DNA of 64,000 nucleotides from Azolla caroliniana (Eukaryota; Plantae; Polypodiophyta), in the NCBI GenBank assembly GCA_043228905.1, contig JBHGNT010000021.1, positions 1,054,001 through 1,118,000 of the forward strand, given 5' to 3'. The notes under the pieces are model-generated. The model saw nothing but the letters and a program-made list of their open reading frames with translations. It had not been told where the DNA came from and did not search any database. Position 1 is the first letter of the stretch; each line of letters opens with the position of its first letter. The position numbers and the translations under genes are program-made. Positions 12,301 through 25,420 of the stretch are shown here, piece after piece.

Positions 12301-15300
12301 TCGGGTGCTACTGCACTCTTCAGAAATAAATAAGAAAAGGTTAAATGACAATCAGAACTTTGTAGAAATTAAACTCCTAATTCTCATCTGAGATCGGGTA
12401 ATACTTTTGTATTATATTGAAATTGTAACTGCAAGGGGTTGGTTCGTTTGGGTTCTGAGAATGATATATGCAAACCACAAGTGTTTGTTTTGAAAGAGAG
12501 TAACTAAATTCCCACTATCAATTTTAGTATATAGTGAGTGGACCATTTTTACAAAGGGATTCAACAGAAAAATATAAGCTGTGGAAACTGGCCCCAAACT
12601 GGGAATTACCAAATGTTTGCACCCATAGAGGAATTATAGGGTATTTGCATGGAAAAGAGAGTATATGTTGATAATATCAAAGCAGGCCACACATTTTGGG
12701 CAGCATCATTGAATCTAGATGAATTGTATTCCTTAGAAGAACGACTTTTTCTTTGGATTTTATGGTTCAATATCCAAGGAACTGAAAAATATTGAGATTC
12801 AACAGAGTTTTGCATTCGATGAGGGATGGATCAGTGAGCAGCATTTATCACAATACTAAAAATTGTGAAACAGGGTAACTTTTAGTAGAGATTGATCCCA
12901 TCAAGGGTTACTTCGATGAGGGAATGATAAGTGCATTGATAGCAAATGACTTTCCAATCCTTGTGGATGATAAATTATTCTCTTATATTCTGGATGCTAT
13001 AATATCCTTATTGGTCTTGGTGAGGGAAGCTAGGTGGGATTGATGGCAACATCCTTTATTCATTATCTACTTTCATATGCAGCAATATATGGTGTTTCTG
13101 TATATGCTATATGACTCTCTGTCAACCTCAGGTTTAGAAATTCATTTTCTAAGAAAAATATTGAACAATTGATGTAAATGCATTTTATGGGTTTGACATC
13201 TGTGATATATTCTGAATGCATTTGGAGAATGGTGGTGTGGACAAACTTATTTTATGGTTAATTCTGTTTGTGGTTAGGTAACTGAACGGGTATCATATTT
13301 AAGGGTTTTCAAATTTCTGGCAGGGTGATATTGAATTTGCAATGCTCTCCAACTACATGATAGATATTGAATGGTTACTGTCTGGTATGTGTACCATATC
13401 AAACTCATTTTTGTAATTGTATGTGTGGTTCATGTATCACTTTTAGAAAGTTTAGTGTCATGACCTTTCCCACTATGAATGGAAGAAAATTGTGCTTTAT
13501 TTTTTCAATGTTTAGTCATATGTCAATAGCATTAATTAAAGTCCAAGCGCTAGTGATCTGTTGGTAGTAACTTACGTAGTTTCAACATCAAATATGAGCA
13601 GCACGATTTTCATATGAATTATGTCATAACGCCAAATACTAGTATGGGAGTCAATGAAACTGATGGTGATTAGCTGGCCAAGTAGCTTTCTTATGGTGGG
13701 GGGGGGTGTTCACAAAGACATTGCACAAACACAAAAGCACAAAGAAGGCGCCAAATCTTAAAACAGTAAATTGTTATTCATAAATTGAAATTTAGTCTCT
13801 TGTTTCCTCATCATATGATGTTAGACAGGCATGATAATGTGAGTGTCATACTCAAATGTCCACCAAGAAGGGTCAGCACATATGTCTGTGCATTATTTTA
13901 CATCGAGAGTTTTTACAACAGAATAGTAACCCCCCTTCTCAGGAAGAAGTCACATACAAGATGATATGTTGATTTGGTCCCATAGGTCAAAATTGGCCTC
14001 ATCATGGACGATAAAATATTTATTCTATTCTACATGTTTCTTTGTCAAGGAACATGTATCCTATGAAGGATGATGTCCCTTCTTTGGGGATGAATTCGCT
14101 AACTGTACAACCCTATATCCTAAAGTTGTGATATTCTTTGCACTCTGTGCTACTAGATTACAGCTCTCTTGTTCTTCCCTTTGACATATCCAATTATGTG
14201 TAGAAATGTGGATGTCCCTATGCATGGTATTTATGATTGGTCATCCACATTGGACACCCAACTGTACAGACCTATATCCTAAAGTTGTGGTATTCTTTGC
14301 AGTCCATGCTACTAGATTACAGCTGTCATTGTTCTTCCATTGAGTATCTGTAGAAATGAGCATTTCTCTATTCATGATATTTATGATCGGTGATCCGTAT
14401 TGGACACTAGGCTAGCTTTGTTTTAGATGCTATATGAAGGAACCCTAACCTGAGTTCTATTATCCCTACAGTCACATATGAAAACTCTAGCTCTCTTATC
14501 CTAATAGAGTTAGCTACAATACATTTAACTTAGTGTAGTTTACAACAACTTTGTGTTTGCATTGGCATGTCATCTGCAATTATGCTCCATTTTAGTTCCT
14601 ACGCATCAACGGTCCACATTCTTTGTTTTTTCAATCTTGTAATGCACACATCGTACAATGATGCTTTAATTTGAATAGTATTTATCTTTGATACTCCAGG
14701 TTAAGGGATAGCTTCATTTAGCTAGATGCACGATATTGCTTCTCCACCTAATGACATGGAGGGTTTTTATTGCATTCTGTGGAAAGTAAATAAAGTTCCT
14801 TCAACAAGTTGTCTGTTTGTCTTGTAAACTGTGTAGGTGGTGTTTATAATGCTAAAAGGGCTTATTGTGTTCATCAAATACATGGAGGAAAACTGGGACA
14901 AAATTACAAGTACAACTTAGCATGAGCATGAATAATTGGTATCTGGGAATGTCCTATAAGATGCCCAATTGAAAATTGAAACCGGATTTCCAAAACTATG
15001 GAGTTTTTAAAACATGGAAGATACTGTCTTTCTTTACTTATCTTTCCCACATTTTCTGTGCCATGCTATTGCAGCTTGCCCAATCCTCCAGAAGATTCCA
15101 AACGTGGTAATTGTACATGGTGAAAGTGGGGGTTCACTTGAGATGTTGAAGGTATGTAATAAATTAGGACATCTTTACCTTTTACCATGTTATAATGTGC
15201 CATGTTTCGGATTTCCTGTGTCTTTGTTTCTTTCCATGTCAAGATTGCCAAAGATTAAGTTCTATAATGTGTTTAGGCAGGAAAGCCCCCAAGATGGCTG

Positions 15301-18300
15301 TTGCATAAGCCACCTCTTCCGATATCGTATGGTACTCACCATTCAAAGGCGATGCTACTTATTTATCGAACAGGAATTCGGGTCATTGTTCATACTGCAA
15401 ACCTGATTTACGTAGACTGGAACAACAAAACTCAAGGCTTATGGATGCAAGACTTTCCATACAAGGAAGTAGGTAATTGTACAACATCACCATTTGAAGA
15501 GGACTTGATTGACTACTTGCAAGCTTTACAGGTTGGAATTCTGACTGATTCTTCTTTAGATAAAACATATACTGAATTATTATGTGAAGTGATCTACTCT
15601 TGCAGTGGAATGGATGCAGTGTTACTCTTCAAAAGAGTAAAAATACTCAGATTAATGCACAATTCTTTCGAGGTTTTGACTATAGTTCAGCAAAGGTACC
15701 TCAGTTCTTCAGCTTCCTAGTATTTTGCTAACTTCTGATGATACATTAGCGTGATATTGGTTATAAATTACACATTCAAAAATTATTATATAATTTTTCT
15801 AAAAGAACAGAGAGGTTGTAGGGGCCTAAAAGAGACGATGTTGTCAACCACTCACTGGAAAATTTTAAACTTGATGTAAGGCTTAGAAAATCTTGATTGG
15901 ATGGACATATATTAATATCTGATGGATTTATATCGGAAAGAATTGTGTTGCGGCTTTGGCCTTTCGAAGATGCTAACACACAACATATTGTTTCATTTCA
16001 TTATTTGACAATCTTGAAACTTAATATTGATAATTGATAGATCTATATCCTACAAAATGTTGAATATATATTGCTAGTCAAGAATATCAAGCATATAAAG
16101 ACACCCTTCACATATTTCGTTCCTTATTTCTGCTTAAGGATTAAACTCAAAAGCCTGGCTCAACCATTACTTAAATGGACATTAGAAGCAGTTGATGACT
16201 ATGTAGATCCTGGGTCATATATTGTTGAAGAACTCTTTCGTTTTTGTTCGTTCTATGGGATATAGAACTTCTGTCTATATATTTTTGAAAAGTGCTCACC
16301 ATGATAGTGAAAATGGCTATATATTATATGCAAAGATGGTTATGAGTGGAATGCTCTATTATCAAAATTTTAGTGTCATTGACATTAAACCTGATATCCA
16401 ATCCTTTTCTAATCTTATGGACCAATTGTTTACTCAGCCTTTGCAACAATAACAAATTTTCCTGTTAAGGTCCATGCAAGCAATACAAAGACCCTTGCTT
16501 TGTTCCTTGACGCAAGTTTAGAACCTTTCGTCAATTTCCAAGCTCCACTCTCAAAAGTCATGCTAAATCCAGGCACATCAATTTGATCAACAAACAAGCT
16601 TTTCTCAATGCAGGAACATTTTGGTGTGCGTGTGCTACTTGAGTGGGACCACGAGGGTCTTGGACTAGGGAGGACGTGAATGAAGGTGTGATTGGAAAAC
16701 TGAGGAGACGGCGAACACTCAAAGGACTTGAATGCTTGGAGGACTGGAACACTTGAAGGATTCAAATGCTAGGGGACTTGAATGCTTGGAGGGCTCGAAT
16801 GCTCGGAGTACTCGAGCATAGAGGGGTCTCAAACGCTCGGATAACTCAAAGGTAGCGAAGAATTCAAACGTTGCCAAGGACTCCAACGTAGTTTCAAGCA
16901 CTTGAATGATGCAAAGGACTCGAATGTAGACGACGATGTGAATGTAGACAACAATGACGATCAAAAGGAGAGGATGATCCTACGGTTAATGGTTTAATGC
17001 ACACGACTAACGCATGATTAATGACAAACACCAAGTTTTAAGGCCTAAAACATTCTATTAGACAACGAGGTTTCTTTTACAAAATGATGAGCCCGCGTCT
17101 CCGATTAATGCCACAAATGCGGTGGCTTTTACAAGGTTAAATCTAAAAAAATAGGAAATGGGAGATCGCCTCAATGCCAAAATCCAAATGTTGAAAATGC
17201 AGAGATCCAAAGTGAGCTCCAAAATGCCAAAATCCGAAATTTGAAAATGCAGAGCTCCTAAGTGAGCTCCAAAATGCCAAAATTCGAATGTTGAAAATGC
17301 AAAGCTCTTCTCCCCAAGCCGAATTGAAACACCCAAAAGCAAAGGAAAATTTTTGACGAAGAAGAAAATCAGTTCTCCTCCCCTCTTTTTATACTAGAGA
17401 GGTGTGTCATTTGCATTAAATGTTATTATTCCCCCTTTCTTCGAAAATCAAAAGGTAATACATATCCCTTAATAATACGCAATGCATTGGCAGAGATTCA
17501 AACTCTGCAGCAAATCTACTAAGTCAACGGCTCTAATCACTAGGATATTTAGTTTTACTTATTATATATCTATTTCCTATTTACATATACACAGCCTATG
17601 GCTACCCTATTTTTTCCCTTTTCCATGTTTTCTATCTTTGAGCACGCCACATCACGACATCCACCTCCACCAAATTGTTGTATTGATATGGCGTGCTTGA
17701 AAGTGGAAAACATTGAAAAGGGCAAAAGTAGGGAAGCCACAGACTCTGTATATGTAAATAGGAAAATGTAAATATAACTAGTAAATGTAAACTGCTTAGT
17801 GGTTAGGGCCATTGACTTAGTATCGTAAGTGCAGAGTTCGAAGCTCTGCCAGTATGGCATGTATTAAGGAATATTTATTCCCCTTCTATTTTTCGAAGAA
17901 AAAGAGGAATAATTGCATTTAATGCAAATGAGGTGCCTCTTCCCTATAAAAGGTGGGGATGAGGACTCATTTGCTTTTTCCTTGATTTATTTTCTTTGAC
18001 TTTTTTCAGCTTAGATTTTTGGCATTTTTGTTGGCTTTGGGGGAGAAGGAAGAGCTCCTCAACTTTCGATGTTTCTCTTTCGGGGATTTTGGAGCCTGAC
18101 ATTGGGATTTCAGGAAGGTATATCATTTTCTTCGCTTCTTCTTTGCTGCCTCCTCTTCTACTAATGAGGTTGTCGCGGTCTTCATCATCTCAAATCTCGT
18201 TACGCGTGGACGACTTTGTAAAGGGATTCGGCTAGCTCGCATATCGGTCGTTCGAACGGAGCACAGAGTGGCTAGAGGACACTACTCTGACACAAATTCG

Positions 18301-21300
18301 CTGTAACCGTCGGTAGTAGTTGCGGTCTCGGCGGTCCACTTGACTCACCCTCCCTAAATCTCTAAATCGCTGCACCGTTCTCCCATTTCTTCTTTTTGTC
18401 TACTTTTAAACTTGTATAAGCCATTGCATTCATGGTGTTATTTTTTGAAGCCGACTTAGCATATGTAAAAGAAACTCATTTTAGCCTAATGGTGTGATTT
18501 GGGCATTATACTTGGCCTATATTATTGATCGCTTGCTAAAGTCGTGCGTTAAACCGTTAATCGCGTGATAGTCCCCCCTACTCAATCGTCGAAACTCATT
18601 TTTCACTAATGGTGTGATCTGAGTGGCTGCTTCAGTTATATGCAAGTCCCCTCCAATGTTCGAGTCGTCTGAGCATTCCAGTCCCCTCTACGTTCAAGTC
18701 CTCGGGATGTTCGAGTTCCCTCAATGTTTGAGTTCTCTGAACTTTCAAGTTCCTTCTACGTTCAAAGTGCCCTCAATGTTTGAGTCCTCCGATCATTCGA
18801 GAACAATCTTCATTCACATCCGCCCTAGTCCAAGACCCCTGTGGTCCTGCTCGAGTAGCATACGCACACACATTTATGCGACACCACCCATCCTCCAATT
18901 TATGCCAAGAATGGTGGGGCCGAAGGTAGTAAATCATTGTTTGCCTCATCTTTGTTGTACTAGTCATCTCCCCGACCTGATCCTTGCTCGTTCTCGTGTT
19001 CGTCTTCCCTGAGGTCATTGAGGCTCGGCTCATCTTCACCAGAAGTTCCAAGCCTCCCTTCATTCTTGTTGTAAACTCTTTAACCGTTGTAAAAGCCACC
19101 ATACACGTGGCATTATTTGGTGCATTAGTGCTAATCTCGTGTGACTAATGCTAATTGTGTGTTGTACCCTATGCCATTGCGTGTGCGTGTGTGCGTGCGT
19201 GTGCATGGGTGAGTGTGAGGAGGGTTAAGCAGTTGCCGGTGAGCGGGCTTTGCCTCTCTTCGTTTGCCTCATTTATTCGCCCCTTTGTTTGCGTCCTTTG
19301 TTCACGTCCTACGTTCGCCTCTGAACCTTCACCTCCTTTGTTCGCGTTGTCTCCTTCGTTCACCTCCCAAGTGCATGCCTCGGTCTTTGTGCACAAATTA
19401 TAAAAAAAGAGGAATCACTCAAAGAAATCAACAAAAGGTCTAAAGAATCTTCTCACACGGCATCACATTCTCCCGGGTTCGAGTAGTACAATAATATAAG
19501 CTCTTCAATGACCACATTTGAGACCAAATTGGCCTTCTCTTTGTCCTTAGAACTATATATATCGCTAGAATTTCTCTTTTGCATCGTTCTTCCTGTCATT
19601 GGCATTCTTCCAGTGTGCAAATTCTTTCTTAAAGTATATGCAATCAGGTTTCCAGTGGCCTTTTTCTACAACAATGGTAGCATATACTATTAGACTTGAC
19701 TTTCCTCTTGATCGTATTTCTTTTTTCTGCATTAGAGTGTGTGCTGCTTCTTCTACAAGCAACATTATCAGAGCCATTACTTTCACCATTGAAATTCCTT
19801 CTTATCCCTTCATTCAAGATAGAGCCTTTAGCCCCATCAAACGTGAGAAAATGAGATTAACAATTTCTCCCAACTTCAAAGAAGACTTAGTAGAAGGTAT
19901 ATGGCCTTCTGCCTATCATCAAAGACTTGCATGCCGAAATCTTGCAACTGATTGAATATGCCCGTGAAAGTGAATATATACTCATTGGCAGTCTTTGATT
20001 CATCCAATTCTATAGACACTAGCTTTCTCATCAAATGCCCTTATTTACAAGTGTTTTCATATGTTACTCTTAGCTTTTCCCGAAATTCATAGGTACTGTT
20101 GTAGTTCTTGAGGTTCACAAGGATTTCATATGCCAGAGCCATTTGAATACATGTTACAACTTTCTTATTCCAGTTAGACCATCCAAGGTCTGTGAAAGTA
20201 GTTGCTTTCTCATTTTCCAAAGCATGTTCTTCTCGTACAATGATTCAAGAGCACTTGTAGTCTTGGCCATTTAAACCAAAAAATAAACTTGGAAATTAAG
20301 TCTATTGATGTTTGAAGTTAACTCCAAAAAACTGAAATTTAAATGTAGCAATTCGAAATATTGCTGCTATGAAACAAATAACTACTCAACAGGGTTCTAG
20401 GAACCAACGGGAATATGTGGAACGATTTTGGATTGAATTTGAATATACGGGTGTAACAAAGTTTTTTCTGCACTGGAATAAAACCTCTCCAAGAAGCGTC
20501 ACGCGGAAAACTAAATCAGCAGCAACATTCTTTTGTTTGTAGAACTTTTTTCGCGGGAGATATCACCTATTTTTAGGAAACTAGAGCCAGTTTATACCAA
20601 TCAAGTGATCCAAATATGTCTTAGAAGCTCCTAAGAGAGCTGCTGTGTGAAAGGGCTTTTATAAATATGCAAATCTACAGCTCTTAGATCTTTATATCCA
20701 ACAGTTTTGGCCTCTTATGCAACATAATCTATATTTGTCTCTCAAATAAGCGGTTAATAATTGGGAGCAATGCTTCGCAACAATATAAAAGATAGGTCCT
20801 TGCAGGAATAAGTATTTGAATTTAAGAAATCCAACCTTAATGTATTCCCGTTTTTTATAGAGAATTTATGGATGTGTCATTTACTCATTGATATGCCAAA
20901 TGTCTCCGGTGTATCAGGTGCGGCTGATTGCGTCTGTGCCTGGGTATCATCAAACTCATAAACTGAAGAAATGGGGTCATATGAAACTTCGCGCTGTACT
21001 TGATGAGCATAGGTTTGAGGAAGAATTTAAAAACTCTCCTCTCGTCTATCAGGTATTTATTTGGTTTCCTTACATGTTCATTACTTCCTTTTTCCATTTG
21101 TAACTTTCTGTTGTAAATTTGCTTCACGTGATGTTGTGTTCTCGTTGAATATTGTAATATTTTCTGAATTATCATGATTGGACAAATTTTTACATTTATA
21201 GTTCTCATCTCTTGGGTCACTGGATGAGAAGTGGCTAGCAGAATTCACTACTTCTACATCTGCTGGAAGGACTTCACAAAATCACCCACTAGGTCTAGGG

Positions 21301-24291
21301 AAATTTCATGTATTATGGCCAACTGTTGAAGATGTGAGATGCTCTATTGAGGTAAAAAACGTTTCTCAATTTCGCGAACTTTTTATTGGGAAAGCAAAGT
21401 CACATAGAAAAGAATTCAAAACAAGTGGCATAATTTTGGTTGTTCTTTCTCATTGTGAGATCCGTTATTACGATATTTATCTGTAGGGCTATGGAGCAGG
21501 GAATGCAATTCCAAGTCCCTTTAAAAATGTAGAGAAGGATTTCCTTAAGAATTATTGGGGAAAATGGGAAGCAGATCATTCAGGGAGAAGGTAGTGCATC
21601 TATATCTTGCCACCAGATTCCAACAATAATTTGTACTGATTGAAAACCCTTACATTTTTGACAGTCGGGCCATGCCACACTTCAAGTCATATTTGCGATA
21701 TTCCGGGCAAGATATGGCGTAAGAATCCAAATATTTCATTTATATTAGACTAATAAAAGAATAACATACAGTAAGGGCATTTGCTTTAATGCAGTTGGTT
21801 CCTTTTGACATCTGCTAATTTAAGTAAGGCCGCATGGGGGGCTTTGCAAAAAAATGGATCTCAGTTCATGATTCGGTCTTATGAGGTTAGTTCTTTCTTT
21901 AATGTATATTCTCTTCATTTAGTTCTAGCAGCAGCACAATTGTCTTTTCATTATTTAATCATGCTTCTCAATGTAGAAGTGAAGTGGAATCAAAGGTGCG
22001 GAATAAATTCGCGAAATAATTACTTTTGCTGTATTGTGATTCTTTATTGAAGTCTTTGAAAAACTGTTTCATCACATCCTGTAGTTCTCTCGCTTCGGTT
22101 CATTGGAACATATTCAGGAATCAGAATGATATACTAATCATGCTTCGTAAAATAGATCTGATCAGATATAGCTAAATACTACTAAATTTCTATATGTTTG
22201 AAACTATGAAAACCTACATGTGGCTACTTAGCCAATTCTTTATATTTCTGAAGTATGTATTAGAATGTTTACGCAGAAAGAGATTATGATTTTGAATTAA
22301 AATGAATGGATCTGGGATGGACGGATTTGTACCTCTGAATATGGCAAAATCAGTGTTTACTATTTGAAGTGCAAGCAAAAATTCTGAATAAATGCTTGAT
22401 TAGTTTTACTATATTTTGATTCCTTCTTGAACACTGAAAAACTGCGTTCTCTTGAATGCATTTTAGCATATTCAGGAATCAGAATCACACATGCCCTATT
22501 TTTTAAAGCAACTTTCAAAAGAAGCTTAAAAAAAGTTGGGAATGACCTCCATTAATCTGTGTCATCTGGGGATGCTGTGTAAAAATCAAAGGCTATATGT
22601 GTGTATGTTCAGGGATGATTAACCAATGGTCTGCAAAGATATCAATTTCGAATTTGTATGGCCCATGATGCACTTTTATTTACTGCTGGCGGTAGTCCCT
22701 GGTGCAACTATTCTTTTAGTCCAGATGGTCTTGTTCTGAAGATTGTAGCCGTTTTTGTCTTCCAGCCTCTGCTGCCCTTCTATACTATGGTTCTGCCCCT
22801 GCCCTGATATATTTGGGCATCGGTCCTGGTTTGGTCTGTATTTCAGAGTTTCAGTTGTTGCTGCATGATGTGACAGATAGTAGTCATTCCTTATCATACG
22901 GTTTCAGGTTTATCCCCCACAAACCCTAGATGAGGGGCATATATGCCTCATCACAGATCCGAATTACAGCCACTTTAGATTGATGCCCCCTTTATCCAGA
23001 TAGGATCCATTTTGAGTCATATATTTTCCGATTACATTTTTTCAGTTGCATCATTCCAGTTCCTTGTGAACATATGTATTATCATTTATTCTCTCTTTTG
23101 ATGAAAAATATAAATTGCACTTATGGATAACTGTAATTTCGAATCTCAATGGCCATTTTGCCCTCTTTAAGACAAGTTGATAGAATTGATTTTTTTGTCA
23201 GTGTTGCTGAGCTTGTCTCACCTTTCATAAGGCTTATGGGCTGTTTTTCTATGAAACTTTTTTCTATTAAAATTCATGCATCTTTTTGGATTGTGAAGTG
23301 CTTTGAACTTTTATTTACAGACATATGATGGTTAGTGCTAATATGGTTTAGTGAGTTTTAATTACTGAAATCGGTACTATATCATATTGAAGTTTTTAAC
23401 TATTTTTTTGAAATGTTGAATATCATACAGCTTGGAGTTCTATTTCTGCCATCATTGCAAAGTACTCAAACAAAGTTTTCATGCACAAATCAGAATGTAA
23501 GTTGAAATCCTTCACTTTTTACTAAAGTTGGGCAGTGTCTAAGAGACATAAGTTGACGTAGTCATTATTTTCCAGCATTTTGGTCTTTGCAACATTCAAT
23601 TGATTTATCCTTCTATAAAGTTAATGTATGATGGAAAAGTGTGAATGATGTTGGATAATTTTTTAGCAGGTAAAACATGTGGAAAACAAAGTGACAATAA
23701 GCATGAAGGACAGGAAAACAACAATGTTTGCCACGACATGTTATGAAAAAGGGAAGAACGAACAACAAGAATGCAATAGATTGTTCTTTCCTGTACCTTA
23801 CAAGATTCCCCCGAAACATTATGGCCCAGATGGTACTTTCATAGCCTTTGTCTGTGATACTTGTCTTATGAGCATTTATTATGTTAATTTCGAGAATCAT
23901 GTATGTGGTCTTTTTTCAAAGCAATTTATTGAACCTTCATGCATGGGAGTATTAGTTGTATTCATACTAATAAAAAGCACCGTCGTAGATATCAATAAGT
24001 TCTTTTATGCTCTCTGAACAACCACGTCATCAGCTTACTTACAGAGGAAGCTCTTTAAGATAGTATTCATTTTATCTTTTATATAAATGAAATAATAGTA
24101 TGTTATTTTCGAAAGATTTTGTCAGGTTTGTTTAAATATTTCAACCTCATATGTTATCTTTAAATTTTATGAGGGTTCATATCAATTTCTTTGCAGATGT
24201 CCCTTGGTCATGGGATAGGCAGTATTCGAAACCAGATGTATTCGGAGAAACATGGCCTCGTGCTGTAAATTTGTATGGTATGAAGGAGTGA
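9397..24291 (+). CDS. TDP1: Tyrosyl-DNA phosphodiesterase 1 (FHA + TDP domain, TDP1-alpha type), 16 exons
   Basis: Exons with GT-AG borders: 9397-9411 (MEHSQ), 10532-10717, 11560-11799, 11880-12098, 13324-13384, 15075-15151, 15277-15531 ([11 protein letters not shown]-1), 15606-15695, 20918-21052 ([11 protein letters not shown]), 21202-21351 ([11 protein letters not shown]), 21487-21590, 21665-21718 ([11 protein letters not shown]-2), 21795-21885 ([11 protein letters not shown]), 23431-23496, 23667/70-23832, 24197-24291 ([18 protein letters not shown]). FHA motifs IGR..SRKH..G.NP are present. Confidence 0.95.
16200..16621 (-). mobile_element. Ty1/Copia pol remnant (post-protease region) in TDP1 intron 8
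   Basis: Frameshifted [33 protein letters not shown] resembles the Copia consensus VP.LRKNLISVGQLD..G...F..G.WK..KG. Confidence 0.6.
16622..18889. mobile_element. Foldback-type (long-TIR, MULE/FB-like) non-autonomous element inserted in the intronic Copia remnant
   Basis: 16623-16685 is the reverse complement of 18808-18871. 17000-17170 pairs with ~18375-18580, and 17405-17655 pairs with 17685-17930. Centre ~17670. Arms carry ~20-bp tandem subrepeats (ggacttgaatgcttggag). Confidence 0.8.
19480..20270 (-). mobile_element. Ty1/Copia gag remnant with CCHC zinc knuckle in TDP1 intron 8
   Basis: Minus-strand [21 protein letters not shown]...[12 protein letters not shown] (gag2-like), LLLSL..SW, and frameshifted [14 protein letters not shown]. 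Confidence 0.75.
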
Positions 24292-24399
24292 CGTGCACAA
24301 AACATTTTGTGTAGCTTGTTAGCTTATAGTTTTAATCATATCGATTAAAATGGGAGTTTGATGGGACATCAGGAAGGATTTTCAAGTTTTTATACCCAC

Positions 24400-25420
24400 T
24401 ATGGAAGGTTCGTTTATAGCCATCTCATTAGCATCACTATAGTTGAATCGTATGTGGAAGCCATTTGTAGCATCTTGTTTGTATTATATTATGTTAGTGT
24501 AAATATATTTGGAGTAAAGTATTTATAGCATTCATTTTGTATTTTTATGTGGATGTAAATGCAATCGAAATTCCTATTGGATGCTATTTTGTATCATATC
24601 ATGTGAAGATGAATATATGTTCCGTACAGAGGCTTTAGAATTTTTTTTTGTATTTGTTATGTTACCCTGAATTTATTTTGAAAGAGCATAGTGAAATTGT
24701 TGACAGTGTGATATGGTTATGCTTAAACCTATTTTACAAGAATACAGTTAAAATGGTGGAGATAGTTGAATCATGTGGAAGTTAAAATGTGGTTATGCTT
24801 AAACCTATTTTACAAGAACACATATGTGGAGATAATTAAAATGATGGAGATATGTTGATGTAACATCTAGTTTGTATTAGTGTTTGTGTAAATATATTTG
24901 GAGTACCATTTAAGTAATTTATAGCATTCATTTTGTTATTTTGCTGTTGACGTGAATGCAGTCAAATTTTGTATGGAATGCTATTTTGTATCATATATGT
25001 GAATATGAAGGCTTTATATAGCATATAGCATTCATTTTGTTATTTTGCTGTTGTGAATGCAGTGAAATTTTGTATGGAATGCTATTTTGTATCATATCAT
25101 GTGAATATGAGTGCTCATCATTTGCTATAAAGGCTTTAAAGCATTCTTTTCGTATTTGTTATGATATCCTGAATCAATTTTGAAACAGCATTGTTGAGAG
25201 TGATATGATCATACTTAAGATATTTATTTTGAATTTTGTATACAATGCTATATTGCATCATACCATGTGAACACAAATGCATGTCATTCGCTATGGAAAG
25301 TTTTAAAGCATTCCTTTTGTGTGTTAAGCTATCCTGAATCTATTTTGAAATAGCTTAATAAAGTTATATGATTTGACTTAACATATTTTCAGAGATCACA
25401 GTTAAATCGATGGTAATTTC
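24400..25420. repeat. Degenerate tandem duplications downstream of the TDP1 stop
   Basis: ATAGCATTCATTTTGT and ATGCTATTTTGTATCATAT recur at ~24525, 24920, 25027 and 25245. TGGTTATGCTTAAACCTATTTTACAAGAA occurs at ~24714 and ~24790. Confidence 0.75.

Noticed and set aside
10280-14410. Small tandem duplications in TDP1 introns (10288-10385, 12157-12310, 14100-14405)
   Set aside because: Ordinary local duplications with no evident function.
17480-17860. True tRNA genes
   Set aside because: D- and T-arm-like parts are present, but there is no pairing acceptor stem or proper anticodon arm.
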